Shown: positions 1-9,750, counted from the first letter of the stretch. The stretch is DNA of 41,974 bases from Polyangiaceae bacterium (GCA_050287085.1 JBNKBE010000022.1:58738-100711); one strand, 5' to 3'. The notes: generated from the sequence alone by a model not told the origin. Numbers and translations: made by a program.

Positions 1-122
1 AGTCTCTGCAACCCTAGTCTCTGCAACCCTAGTCTCTGCAACCCTAGTCTCTGCAACCCTAGTCTCTGCAACCCTAGTCTCTGCAACCCTAGTTCCCTGC
101 GGCCCTAGTTCCCTGCAGCCCT
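1..122. repeat. 15-bp tandem repeat (AGTCTCTGCAACCCT x6) followed by two degenerate 16-bp copies; probably truncated by the window edge
   Basis: Six identical units at 1-90, then AGTTCCCTGCGGCCCT (91-106) and AGTTCCCTGCAGCCCT (107-122). No spacers. Confidence 0.95.
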
Positions 123-257
123 AGTTCGGGCGTCGTCCCCGATTCGACGGCTGGTCGAAGCGGCACAGCGCTAGCACGCGTCGGATCTGCCGCTGAGGAC
201 GGACTCCGAGAAGATCCTGGCCACAAGGCAACAACACCCGCGGCAGCGCAGCGGTCA

Positions 258-3200
258 CTACGAGTCAAGGCGTGGCGCCACATGGGCCAGCGAGAAGAGC
301 TTGGCAGCCCCCGGAGGCAGGCCCACAGGCTCTACTGAAGCCTCACACGCCACTCGCACAAGGCCGTCCACAAGAGGCACAAACGCCGAGTAGTCGGGCT
401 CCTGCTCGATGCCGGGCCCCGATACCACAACGATGTCGTAGGTGGAGCGCAGGTTGTCCATGAAGGCCGAAGCACGAGGCGAGAACAAGGCCCCCGGAGA
501 GCGAATGACGCCTTCTCCAAGAACATGCAGATTAGGCAAGCAACCCAATACGTGAACGCGTGGGTCGTCGTGTACGTCCCCGCCGTCCATCTGACGTGAG
601 GCGCTCGCCCCCATCGGCATCACTACATCCATCACGCGACACACGCCTGGGTGCACAAAGTCACACTCCAGAAGCAGCACGCGTTGCCCACGCATGCGGC
701 ACAGCTTGTACGCGAGATTGGCAGCCGTCGTCGCGCGCGTCATTGGAGTGCGCGCCGCACCCGTCACGCCCACAACGAGACATCTATCCACGGGATAGGA
801 CAGAATCTTCGCGCTGAGCTCGGCGGCGTTGTCCCGCAGCGACAAGGTCTCTTTTGACCAAGGCGGACTGGGCTCGTAGATGACCACCTGCGAGGTGGAA
901 ATGGGCTGAACTTCCTCATCCGGGTAGGCCTCGCTGGCCGGGGGCGCGTCCAGTTCGATCGGCGGAACCTGCTGGCCCCCACCGGAGCGACGCCGCGTGC
1001 GCGAAACCAGGACGCCACCCGCCACGAGGGCTATGCCCCCCACGCCGGCCAACCCTCCACCGGCCGCCGGGGAAGCGCTACCCGTCAGCGCCAAGGTACC
1101 ACCCATGACCGCAGCCGCACAGCCAACCGCGAGGACAACAGCCCCTGCGCGACGTAGCCCGGACTGCTCTGCCGAGCGCTCTGGATGAGTGGTCGGCAGA
1201 GCGGGCGCTGCCACCTGCCGGGGCGCGACCCGCGCCCCGGAGACCCCTACCGGGCCAGCAGCGTGCACCCCCGGCGGTTTGGTGGCAATCCCCATCGCCG
1301 ACCCGATGGGCTCTGGCGCTGCCTTCGCCGGAGCCGCCTCGAGCCCACCGCGCTTGCGATTGCGGGCCCAGATAGCGATGTCCTTTCGCGCCGGCCAAAT
1401 GCGCGTAGTCTGCGCAAGCTCCGCGAGCGCCGCCTCGGCCGAGCGCGCCGTCGTGAAACGATCTGGATGACTCGGGCTCAGCGCTCGCTCACAGAACTCG
1501 TCCAGCTCAGGCGAGACGTAACCCATCAACTCGCTGACCTTCGGCAGCTTGCCGCTCGTGCTCAGAGTTCGCCCCGTCAGACCTTCCCAGAGGATACGCG
1601 CCACGGCTTGGATGTCAGCCTTGGGTGAAGCCTCCTCCCCGAAAGTGACCCGGCCAAACATGGCAATGCGGCCGCGACCGTCCGTGCCGACAACGATATT
1701 GGCGGGCAACACGGCATTGTGGCTCGCGCCGACATGCCGCCCGTCGACCTCCGTGTAGTCGTGCAGTGCGCCAAGCGCGGCCAGACAATCCACCAAGACG
1801 CGAACCAGCACTCCGACCCGTGCCGCGTTGGGTTGCGCCTCAAGGAGCGCCGCAAGCGTCACTCCGTCCACCGCCTCCATCGCAACGTAGGCGCGCTCGC
1901 CCTCCACGCCCTGGTCCACGGCCGTCAGTGCGTTGCGATGCTGAAGACGAGCGCTCACGCGGCTCTCCACATTCACCAGCGCCGCCCCTCCCTTGGAAAC
2001 CGGGACCGCCAGCAGATGCACTTCCTGCGATGGCCCCGCGCGATCCACACGAGCGCGGAATACATCACCGGTGGAGCACGCCCGCACCTTGCCGGCGAGA
2101 TGATAGCCCCCAAGGGTGAGGCGACTTGATAGCGGCGACAGTGCAGTCGTCTGTGGAAGCGACGACCGCGTCGGGGAAATCTCGACCGAAGCGATGCTCG
2201 GGGTAAGCTCCACCCCATTTCGTCCAGGCCGCTCCTCAGGTGAGCCGACGACCACGGTGCTCGCAAAGCGGGGCGGCGCCCCACCGCTTCGACCCATTTT
2301 CGGCGTCTCTGGACTGGCGGTGGAAGCCGCAACGCTCACCCGCGCTTCACGTTGGTCCAGCGCAAAACCGGGTTGCGTCGCCTGCGGGCCAAGCGGCGGT
2401 TTGGAATGCCTCGGCGGGGGGTTTGAACTGATCCCCGGAACCCCCAATCGCGTCGTGCGGAAGTCTCGCGGGGGTGCATTCGACTGACGGGGTGGCGGAT
2501 TGGTGCTGACGCTCGGCACCCCCAAGCGTGTGGGTGCCCCCACCTCCTGGGACGGGTAAGCGGCAGGGGCGGGGCTCGCCACACGCGTCGCCGCGAACCC
2601 CTCATGGCTTCGCCCGAGGTCCGCCGCGTCCTGCTCCACCAGCACCTCACCGCGCCCCGGAACGGGGCTTCCACGTCGAAGGGTGGGCGTGGGCAGGGAC
2701 TCACCCGGACGGGCCGAGACTCGCTGGGTTGTGGGCACCGTCGAAAGCGTTCCCGCCGTGTGCACCAAGCCGCGGCGGACCCAGTCCGCCACCTGGACCA
2801 GCGTCTCGCTCGCAAACTGCGTACACTCCTGAACGACCCCGGCTAGCGATCGCTTGCCATCGAGCAACTGAATCAAACGCCCCTGCTGGGCGTCGAGTTC
2901 GAGCCGCTCCCCCGCAAGCAGGCCGTCGTCCACCCGCAGGCGCGCCGACAACGACGGCAGGACCTCGACCACGGAATCAAAGTCGTCGCGCGACTTGGGA
3001 CGCCGGGCGAGGAGTTCCGCAAGCGAAGCCCGGATCGCGCGGGTCCGCTCGTGTTCCCCAAGTTCGACCTGAAAGCTCCCCTTCTTGCTGGCCAGCAGAA
3101 TGTCCAGCGCTTTCAGCCCCCGGGTCCCTCCCAACTCGGCATCGAGCAAGGTGCCCGCGGTCAACCAGATGCGACCACGGCCGAGCCCAGCCGAAACGAC

Positions 3201-3308
3201 CACAACGCCCGTCAGACCCTCCGCCTGCAGCTTTGAAAGAACCTGCGGGAGACCGATGGCTCCGAGTTGACCGGCAAAGCTCTTCCTAGTTGTCACGGCG
3301 CTCATCAA
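258..3308 (-). CDS. Multidomain membrane protein: DUF4388-like N-terminus, Pro-rich linker, Ser/Thr pseudokinase, two TM helices, degenerate CpsD/CapB (BY-kinase/MinD-like) P-loop domain
   Basis: 1016-aa ORF. N-terminal GQLGAIGLPQVL...TGVVVV...GRIWL..G.LLDA is DUF4388-like. Kinase-fold segments RLQHRN, YVAMEAVDGVTL, HNAVLPANIVV, IAMFG. Two hydrophobic helices. C-terminal VGVTG...TTAANLA...RVLLLECD...YDIVVVSGP...VDG. Confidence 0.75.
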   Translation of the reverse strand: MMSAVTTRKSFAGQLGAIGLPQVLSKLQAEGLTGVVVVSAGLGRGRIWLTAGTLLDAELGGTRGLKALDILLASKKGSFQVELGEHERTRAIRASLAELLARRPKSRDDFDSVVEVLPSLSARLRVDDGLLAGERLELDAQQGRLIQLLDGKRSLAGVVQECTQFASETLVQVADWVRRGLVHTAGTLSTVPTTQRVSARPGESLPTPTLRRGSPVPGRGEVLVEQDAADLGRSHEGFAATRVASPAPAAYPSQEVGAPTRLGVPSVSTNPPPRQSNAPPRDFRTTRLGVPGISSNPPPRHSKPPLGPQATQPGFALDQREARVSVAASTASPETPKMGRSGGAPPRFASTVVVGSPEERPGRNGVELTPSIASVEISPTRSSLPQTTALSPLSSRLTLGGYHLAGKVRACSTGDVFRARVDRAGPSQEVHLLAVPVSKGGAALVNVESRVSARLQHRNALTAVDQGVEGERAYVAMEAVDGVTLAALLEAQPNAARVGVLVRVLVDCLAALGALHDYTEVDGRHVGASHNAVLPANIVVGTDGRGRIAMFGRVTFGEEASPKADIQAVARILWEGLTGRTLSTSGKLPKVSELMGYVSPELDEFCERALSPSHPDRFTTARSAEAALAELAQTTRIWPARKDIAIWARNRKRGGLEAAPAKAAPEPIGSAMGIATKPPGVHAAGPVGVSGARVAPRQVAAPALPTTHPERSAEQSGLRRAGAVVLAVGCAAAVMGGTLALTGSASPAAGGGLAGVGGIALVAGGVLVSRTRRRSGGGQQVPPIELDAPPASEAYPDEEVQPISTSQVVIYEPSPPWSKETLSLRDNAAELSAKILSYPVDRCLVVGVTGAARTPMTRATTAANLAYKLCRMRGQRVLLLECDFVHPGVCRVMDVVMPMGASASRQMDGGDVHDDPRVHVLGCLPNLHVLGEGVIRSPGALFSPRASAFMDNLRSTYDIVVVSGPGIEQEPDYSAFVPLVDGLVRVACEASVEPVGLPPGAAKLFSLAHVAPRLDS

Positions 3309-3524
3309 ACTGGGGTAAAATGGCTCCCCACACCGGGGAAGACCTGAAAGCGGAGGCTAATCCGGAGTCTGGGAGGCCACAATCAAAGCCGTACCCCGCC
3401 CGGCGATTTGGCCTGCGTCCGGGGCGTGCGCCCCACCTCAGGGCCCGCGGCCGGGAGCCATCGCCCCGCTCGCGCCCGGATCGGTACAAATGCCGCGCAG
3501 CGCCTCGGCCTGTCCCCCATTGCC

Positions 3525-4628
3525 TCATCCGCCGACTCGCGCCGGCTCTACGTCAACATCCGGCCCGTCCCAACGGGCAAGCAGCGCTCGAAAGGAAATG
3601 TGCCCCAATGCGAGAAAGAGCAAGCCCGTGAGCACCTGCTGACTGAACTGTAGCAGCCAGATCATGTTGGCATAACCCGCGACGCGAGAAACACCGTCGG
3701 TCGTCGCGGCAAAGGCCGGAAGGCATACGGCCACGCCCAGCTGCGTGAAGAACTGGCTCGTGCCGACCATGCCCGGGCCCGCGGGAATCATGATCCCGAT
3801 AACCTGGAAGGCCAACACCGTGGCTGCCATCATGAGGCTCAACTGGACTCCGAACCCTGAGGCGAGCCACCAGAAGCCCCAGACGTGCAGCGACCAATAC
3901 AATCCCGTCAAGGCGAGAAACGTCATGACGCGCTGGACCGAACCAAGGTGCAAGGCGTCGAGCATGCTCTCCAGGGCATGACCCAACTTGCGCCCCAACT
4001 TGGGCGAAAAGCGTGCGACAAGTCGCTCCGTTAGGGCCGCCGCCTGCGCCCGCATGAAGTAGGCGAACACCAGGGCTATCACGACACCCGAAAAGCCCAC
4101 CGTCACGACCCAAGCGCCAAGCCGCGCGAGCTCACCGTTTTCGCCCTTGGGAGCCAGCACCTGCAGCGCGATCACACCTAGCACCCCCATCGCCAGACTA
4201 TCGACGATACGCTCGACCGCAACGGACGCAAGACAGCGGCTACGAGCGAGGCGTTGCTCGCCCGCACGGGTCGGCTGCGCCACCAAGAGCGGGCGAGCAA
4301 GCTCCCCCAGGCGCAAGGGCAACGTGACCATCAACATGAAGCCCACGGCCGAAGCCGCGTTCAGCCGCCGCATGCCAACCTCGCCCGCCGAACGAAGCAA
4401 GATACCCCAACGCCAGGTCTTGACGGCGTGCACGACGAGCAGGATGGCGGTGTAGCCCCAGATGGGCGCTGCGTCCGCGGCACCCATCGCGCGCGCAACC
4501 GCAGCCAAACTCGTATGCCGCAACGAGAAATAGGCGAACAACGCGCTCACCCCGAGCGACGTGCTCAAGCGCACCAGAAACTTCACCCCGAACTTGGATC
4601 GCGACAAGGTCGTTGCACGATACGCCAC
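3525..4628 (-). CDS. Lysylphosphatidylglycerol synthase TM-domain (UPF0104 / flippase-like) membrane protein
   Basis: Multi-TM ORF with family-like motifs KTWRWGILL, LPLRLGELARP, SVAVERIVD, IPAGPGMVGT. Confidence 0.8.
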   Translation of the reverse strand: MAYRATTLSRSKFGVKFLVRLSTSLGVSALFAYFSLRHTSLAAVARAMGAADAAPIWGYTAILLVVHAVKTWRWGILLRSAGEVGMRRLNAASAVGFMLMVTLPLRLGELARPLLVAQPTRAGEQRLARSRCLASVAVERIVDSLAMGVLGVIALQVLAPKGENGELARLGAWVVTVGFSGVVIALVFAYFMRAQAAALTERLVARFSPKLGRKLGHALESMLDALHLGSVQRVMTFLALTGLYWSLHVWGFWWLASGFGVQLSLMMAATVLAFQVIGIMIPAGPGMVGTSQFFTQLGVAVCLPAFAATTDGVSRVAGYANMIWLLQFSQQVLTGLLFLALGHISFRALLARWDGPDVDVEPARVGG

Positions 4629-4713
4629 CGACTCACTCGGGTCCAGATGGGAAGCTTCCCATCAAATCCGCCAGGGCTGCACAAGCCAATCCGGAGGCTT
4701 TGTGGGATCGCCC

Positions 4714-5403
4714 CTAAGCGAGCCAGCGCTGCAAGTCTGCCACCCCGTCCTTCAGAGACGGCAAGAGGGCGTCCGGCTCTGCATCGAGCAGAACCTGACG
4801 CGACGTCCACCCGGTCTCGACCGCAACCGCCACCGCTCCAATGGCCCGAGCGCAGGCCACATCGTGCTCGGTATCCCCCACCACGATGACGCGCCCGGGG
4901 GACCAACCCATCGCGCTCAAGCGCGCCAAAGCGCAATGCGCCAGTTCAGAGCGGTAGTAGCCGTCCTCACCGAAACCACCAGCGCGGTCCGCCAGGTGTT
5001 CGAGTCCGAGAGGGCGGAGCTTGCGACGGGCGGCCTCACGCACATTGCCCGTCAACAATCCCACGTGCACGTGGGGCAAAGCCTCGAGGTGCGCGATCAG
5101 CGCAAGGACGCCGGGCAAAGCAGCTATCTGGCCCGGGCGAAAACGCAGCTCCATGGCCTGCAGATAGGCATCAAAAAACGGGCTCGGCGGCGCCAGCGTC
5201 CCTCCGAGATGCGCTTCCAGTTGAGCCAGGATGGCGCGATCCGTAGCCCCGCGAAAGTCGATGCGGGCGATTGCCTCTTCGACCTTCTCGACGTCGGCCC
5301 CGAGAGCTTCGCACAGCGCCTGGCTGAGCGAACCCACCCCCGCGCCGGAAGAACGAAGCAACGTGCCATCGATATCGAAGAGCACAGCGCGAGTGAGCTT
5401 CAT
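4714..5403 (-). CDS. HAD-family hydrolase (phosphoglycolate phosphatase-like)
   Basis: Motif I LFDIDGTLL, LLTGN, motif IV VVGDTEHDV. Confidence 0.9.
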   Translation of the reverse strand: MKLTRAVLFDIDGTLLRSSGAGVGSLSQALCEALGADVEKVEEAIARIDFRGATDRAILAQLEAHLGGTLAPPSPFFDAYLQAMELRFRPGQIAALPGVLALIAHLEALPHVHVGLLTGNVREAARRKLRPLGLEHLADRAGGFGEDGYYRSELAHCALARLSAMGWSPGRVIVVGDTEHDVACARAIGAVAVAVETGWTSRQVLLDAEPDALLPSLKDGVADLQRWLA

Positions 5404-5421
5404 GCTGAGCCTAGTCAGCGC

Positions 5422-5781
5422 TCATTCGCTCTTGGCGTCGGTGCTGAGGAACACCTCGTGGACTTCGAGAGAGTTCGGCCCGCGAAACATGTCCTTGGGA
5501 GGTCGATTCTTGTGAGCCTCGGCAAACGCCGGACTGCGCGTCCATGCCTCAAAAGAAGCGAGGTCCTGCCACCACGTCTTGACCTCGTAGTAGCCCTCAC
5601 CCTCCGGATCGTCCACGAAGCGGCCCTCTTCGTGACTGAACCGCATTGGACGCGGGCGATGCACCTCGTTGCGAATAAATCCGGGCGCGCGGTCGACAAG
5701 GTGAGCTCGCTTGCTGAAGCGGTCTTCAAACTCCGACTCGAAGCCCTCAGCGACGGGAATGCGGTTAGTCGTAACGATCAT
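5422..5781 (-). CDS. Antibiotic biosynthesis monooxygenase / IsdG-HmoA-like heme-degrading monooxygenase
   Basis: MIVTTNRIPV..FEDRF..R..LVDRAPGF...TWWQDLASFEAWTRSPAFAEAH matches the ABM/IsdG pattern. Start moved to the ATG at 5781. Confidence 0.8.
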   Translation of the reverse strand: MIVTTNRIPVAEGFESEFEDRFSKRAHLVDRAPGFIRNEVHRPRPMRFSHEEGRFVDDPEGEGYYEVKTWWQDLASFEAWTRSPAFAEAHKNRPPKDMFRGPNSLEVHEVFLSTDAKSE

Positions 5782-5869
5782 CTGCGGGCGCAGCATATAC
5801 CGAACAGCGTCACTCGTCGAGGCTAGCAGACCCCGCGCTCGGGTGGCGTCGAGAGTCCACCAGCGGGAC

Positions 5870-6631
5870 TCAGGCCCCGCGGAGCTGCCTCCACAAGTCC
5901 GCACGCAACACCGAAAAGGCGTTCTCGGGGGGGAGTGCCGGCAGAAACGACAGCTTATGTCGGGCCGCGATCAACTTCCCTTGCTGCAGCAATAAGACCA
6001 CTTCCGCGTAGTAGAGCGGCAGTTGGAGCAACGGGTTCTGCACCCGCGCCGCCCGCAGCCAGCGCAGGTCATCTCGGCGACCGCGGTCCGCAAAGATGCG
6101 GGCTAGCGCCTGCAACGCCGCACGCCGAGTCTCGGCTCGGGCGCGCGCGAAGCGCCCCGCAGGAAGGGGAAGCTGGCTCATTGTCGCTGCCACCGACATC
6201 GCGCGCTCCCGGTTGCCGTCGATCGCATCCAACAACGTCTCCACGATCATGCGTTGTTCCACGGCCTGCTGCCACGGACCGTCCGGCAGCAGCCCAATGA
6301 TCTGTCGGGCGCGCCGCGTTTCACCGTGGGCCGCCAGCGCGGTAGCACGAAACAGGGGCTCGAGCTCAGCGGGTTGGCCATTGTCCTCGTACGCCGTCAG
6401 CCAGGCACCGATGAGCTCGGTCAAGTCTCCCTGCCGCAGCAACGCGAGGGCACGACGACGCGTTCGCCGGCGATTCCAAACGAAGACCGCAAATGCCAGA
6501 GACGCGAACACGAGAGCCGTGACGCTCTGCAGCGATATGTGAACCACCAAGCTCACGAGCGCCGCGGACACAACATACGCTATCCACCCGCACAAGACGG
6601 CAAGTCGCGGCGTTGGCTGTGGTGTGCCCAT
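5870..6631 (-). CDS. Hypothetical membrane protein (two N-terminal TM helices, helical TPR-like C-terminus)
   Basis: Long ORF co-oriented with neighbours. Two hydrophobic segments followed by the basic stretch RRRTRRR. Start estimated at MGTPQP (6631). Confidence 0.6.
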   Translation of the reverse strand: MGTPQPTPRLAVLCGWIAYVVSAALVSLVVHISLQSVTALVFASLAFAVFVWNRRRTRRRALALLRQGDLTELIGAWLTAYEDNGQPAELEPLFRATALAAHGETRRARQIIGLLPDGPWQQAVEQRMIVETLLDAIDGNRERAMSVAATMSQLPLPAGRFARARAETRRAALQALARIFADRGRRDDLRWLRAARVQNPLLQLPLYYAEVVLLLQQGKLIAARHKLSFLPALPPENAFSVLRADLWRQLRGA

Positions 6632-6668
6632 GGCAATGCCTTGGCATAGGTGCGCGCCTGTAGGCAAG

Positions 6669-8036
6669 TCACGCCGTAGCACCGCCTTGCCCCACGGGCT
6701 CCACAAAGCCCATTTCGGTCCAACGTCGACTGCGCCAGCGCGCCAAATTGAAACCGGCGCGAATGACCTCATCCGCGCAGAAGCAGCACCAGATGCCGAC
6801 GAGGGTCAGTGGCGACAGCGCATCCAGCAAGTATACGACGGGCAGCAAACCCCACATGAACACCAAGCCGAGCCACATGGAGAAGCGGACATCGCCCACG
6901 GCCTTGAGCGTCACGCCCGCCACGATATTGACCGCCCGGGCCGGCTCGGTCAGAAGCGATATCAACAAAAGACGGTGCCCAGTCTCCAAGACCTGCGCAT
7001 CTTCTGTGAACACCCGCAGCAACCAAGGCGCCAGCGACCAGAGCATCAGCGCGTAAACGAGAGCTACGCCCATCGCTATGCGGAGCACACGCCAGAACAA
7101 CGCATCCACGTCGTCTGTGCGGCCTGCCCCCATCCAATGAGCAGATAGGATCTGACCGCCGCTCGCCAACGAAAACGCAAACGTAATCTGAAACATCTGG
7201 CAGCGCTGCGCGTAGTTGTTGGCCGCCATCGCCGTGACGCCAAGCGCGATGACGAAGGTGGAAATGAACGTCTGCTGACACATGTAGCTAAACGGCTCAA
7301 CACAATTGGAAAACCCAACCCGCGCCAGCAATGGTAGCACCTCTCGGAGGCGCGGAACGGTCTTGGCGAGTTCAAACCGGATACCGAGACCTCGATGCAC
7401 CATGACCATGGCGGTAACCATGGCGGCCAGAACCCCTGCGACAGAAGCAACGCAGACCCCGCGCACGCCCCAGCCGAGGCCCCAGACAAACACTGGGTCC
7501 AGAATCAGATTAACGCCGGCAACGATGAACGAGGTATACATCAGCCAATGGGTCATACCTCGCGACGACAAGATGGCGTTGTATGCGCCCACCACCCCAT
7601 GAAAGGGAAAGTACCAAGCGATGGTCCACAGGTACTCACGCGCAATGGCAAGCTGGCCGGGCGCCACCCCCATCCAAACGCCCACGCGATCCGCTGTCGC
7701 CAGCAGGAGCCCCGCGTAGCCCAGTCCCAGAGCGCTCGCGAGTACCAGGTTGGTCACGTAGGTCGGAACCACCTTCTCATCCCGCCCCGCGCCGATGAAC
7801 TGAGAAGCAACCGCTATACCCGTGCCCGCAAATACGTTGATGACAAACGCCCCGACGCCAAAGATTGGCCCCAGCTGGCCCACCGTGCCGGCAGTCGCAT
7901 CGGATTGCTGGCTGAAGAAGTAGAGATCGACCATCAGCACCAGCGTCCAGCTGAGGTTCTGTAAATAGATGGGCCAGACAAGCCGACGCAACCGTTCCGA
8001 TCGGAGCGCGCTACCGGGTCTTGGGCGAGTGGGCAT
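6669..8036 (-). CDS. MATE-family efflux transporter
   Basis: About 12 TM. LVWPIYLQ...VD, SQFIGA, NLILDPVFVWGLGWGVRG, ALGVTAMAAN, LKAVGDVRF. Start estimated at 8036. Confidence 0.9.
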   Translation of the reverse strand: MPTRPRPGSALRSERLRRLVWPIYLQNLSWTLVLMVDLYFFSQQSDATAGTVGQLGPIFGVGAFVINVFAGTGIAVASQFIGAGRDEKVVPTYVTNLVLASALGLGYAGLLLATADRVGVWMGVAPGQLAIAREYLWTIAWYFPFHGVVGAYNAILSSRGMTHWLMYTSFIVAGVNLILDPVFVWGLGWGVRGVCVASVAGVLAAMVTAMVMVHRGLGIRFELAKTVPRLREVLPLLARVGFSNCVEPFSYMCQQTFISTFVIALGVTAMAANNYAQRCQMFQITFAFSLASGGQILSAHWMGAGRTDDVDALFWRVLRIAMGVALVYALMLWSLAPWLLRVFTEDAQVLETGHRLLLISLLTEPARAVNIVAGVTLKAVGDVRFSMWLGLVFMWGLLPVVYLLDALSPLTLVGIWCCFCADEVIRAGFNLARWRSRRWTEMGFVEPVGQGGATA

Positions 8037-8061
8037 AGGAGCAGCCTGCCGTCTACTTCGA

Positions 8062-9471
8062 CTACTCCGCCAGGTCGTCAACGTCGTCAGGGGCTCTCAG
8101 CAGCGTCACAGCAAAGGTACTGCCACGCCCAACGTCACTCGTGACGCGAATGGTGCCTTTCATCGCTTCCACCCAATGCTTGACGATAGACAAGCCAAGC
8201 CCCGTGCCTCCCACGTCGCGACTGCGACCAGCATCCACCCGATAGAAGCGCTCGAAGAGCCGATCTCGATGCTCCGCCGCGATACCCGGCCCATTGTCTG
8301 CCACCAGCAGAGTGTAGGTGCCCGACCCCGGAGTGCAGCTGATGCGAACCTGCGCACCTTCAGGGCAGTAGTTGATTGCGTTCTGGACGAGGTTGCCTAT
8401 CACGTGGTCCAAGCCGCGACTATTGGCGAGCAGTCGACACTCCGTCGGGATCTCGTTGTTGATTTGAGTCCGCCGTTTGGCGGCCGCGGCGGCGTGGGCA
8501 GCCAGCGTCATGTCAACTTGCCGGCGGGCAGACACAACCTCCAGCTCCGCAGAAAAGCGCCCAGACTCGAGCTGGGAAACCTCGAGCAAGTCGTCCACCA
8601 GCGCGCGAAGACGCATGACGTTGCGCTCGATCATGCTGAGAAAAGTCCGCGACGCCTCCGGATTACCCGCGGCCGCTCCCTGCAGGGTCTCCACGGCAGA
8701 AAAGATCGCCGCAATGGGCGTCCTGAGTTCGTGGGACGCGTTGGCGACAAACTCCTGGCGTACTGTCTCCAGACGACGACGTTCCGTAATATCGACCAGC
8801 ACCGCCAACGCCCCGCGACGACGATTGAGCCGCCGCACATTGGCCAACACCAACTTGGGCGGAGGTCCCCGAAGCTCGAGTTCGCGGGAGCTGTTTTCGC
8901 CGCGGAGCGCAGCGCTTAGCAATTCGGACAACTCTTCGTCCGGAAGCACGTCGCCGGCACGCTCGCCGACGAGCTGCGGCCCCAGCAAGAGCATCTGGCG
9001 CAAGGCGTCATTGACGAGCTGCACGTGCCCGTCCTTGTCCAGCAGCAACACGCCCTCCTGCATGCTCATGACCACCCGGTCCAGGCGGTCTCGCTCGCTG
9101 TTTAGCTCGCGCTCGGCGCGGTGAAGGCGTGAGGCCATTGCCTCAACCGTCGCCACCAGCTCACGTAGCTCCGCGTCACCGCCGATCGGCGGGCGCTCGG
9201 CGTCTTCAGTTTCGAGTAGATTCTTGGCGTAGCCAAGGGCCCGCACGCTCGGCCGCTGTGCGGCACGCGCGATGAACGTTGCCACGATGATGGCAAAGAC
9301 CCCCCCAAACAAGCTGGCCATGACCAAATGGCCCCAGGCCTCCGCAAGCGCTCCCCGCTTGTCCGTCGCTGCCGTGAGGCCAAGCCAAGCAGAAACGCCC
9401 GCAAGAAACACGACAAGCGGCACGAGGCTAGACCAACGCGGAGGAGCCACAGGAGAGGAAGGGTTACTCAT
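8062..9471 (-). CDS. PhoR-like sensor histidine kinase (2 TM, HAMP, PAS, HisKA, HATPase)
   Basis: H-box EFVANASHELRTP, N-box NLVQNAINY, DNGPGI, FERFYRVD..RSR..GGTGLGLSIVKH. PAS-like MQEGVLLLD..G.V.LVN. Start estimated at 9471. Confidence 0.9.
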   Translation of the reverse strand: MSNPSSPVAPPRWSSLVPLVVFLAGVSAWLGLTAATDKRGALAEAWGHLVMASLFGGVFAIIVATFIARAAQRPSVRALGYAKNLLETEDAERPPIGGDAELRELVATVEAMASRLHRAERELNSERDRLDRVVMSMQEGVLLLDKDGHVQLVNDALRQMLLLGPQLVGERAGDVLPDEELSELLSAALRGENSSRELELRGPPPKLVLANVRRLNRRRGALAVLVDITERRRLETVRQEFVANASHELRTPIAAIFSAVETLQGAAAGNPEASRTFLSMIERNVMRLRALVDDLLEVSQLESGRFSAELEVVSARRQVDMTLAAHAAAAAKRRTQINNEIPTECRLLANSRGLDHVIGNLVQNAINYCPEGAQVRISCTPGSGTYTLLVADNGPGIAAEHRDRLFERFYRVDAGRSRDVGGTGLGLSIVKHWVEAMKGTIRVTSDVGRGSTFAVTLLRAPDDVDDLAE

Positions 9472-9658
9472 GGCGAGAAGCGGAAGGCGTCGGAGCAAAC
9501 GGCAAGCGCCAGCTCGTAAAGCGGCACCAGAATACCTCACCAGGCGGTGGGGAAACCCCGCGTCTACCGCGGCACGACGATTGGTCCCACAGGAAACCCC
9601 CGCAGCTGACGGCCTGACACCGAAATGCTACAAACAGCGACCCACCCCGTCCGCTCAC

Positions 9659-9750
9659 GAGTCGCGCCTGAAGGTCAAGTCGCGCTTGAAGATCAAGTCG
9701 CGCTTGAAGATCAAGTCGCGCTTGAAGATCAAGTCGCGCTTGAAGATCAA
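9659..9750. repeat. 18-bp tandem repeat (AAGTCGCGCTTGAAGATC x4 plus one degenerate copy) upstream of the histidine kinase
   Basis: Degenerate unit at 9659-9676; identical units at 9677-9694, 9695-9712, 9713-9730, 9731-9748. Confidence 0.95.

Noticed and set aside
1..122. CRISPR array
   Set aside because: Units are 15 bp and contiguous with no unique spacers, and no cas genes were recognised.
4561..5826. Long plus-strand ORF (421 aa) and similar antisense ORFs (7969-8919, 13680-14972, 26919-28169, 27232-28101)
   Set aside because: They are shadows of well-supported opposite-strand genes in high-GC DNA and carry no recognisable motifs.
8062..9471. Assigning the gene symbol phoR
   Set aside because: Motifs are PhoR/WalK-like, but no phoB or pst genes are adjacent, so orthology cannot be established from the window.
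9659..9750. CRISPR array, Pho boxes, or coding repeat (ORFs 9272-9850 +, 9464-9886 -, 9655-9846 -)
   Set aside because: No spacers, and the 18-bp period does not fit Pho boxes. The ORFs stay open partly because 18 is a multiple of 3 and show no protein-like features.
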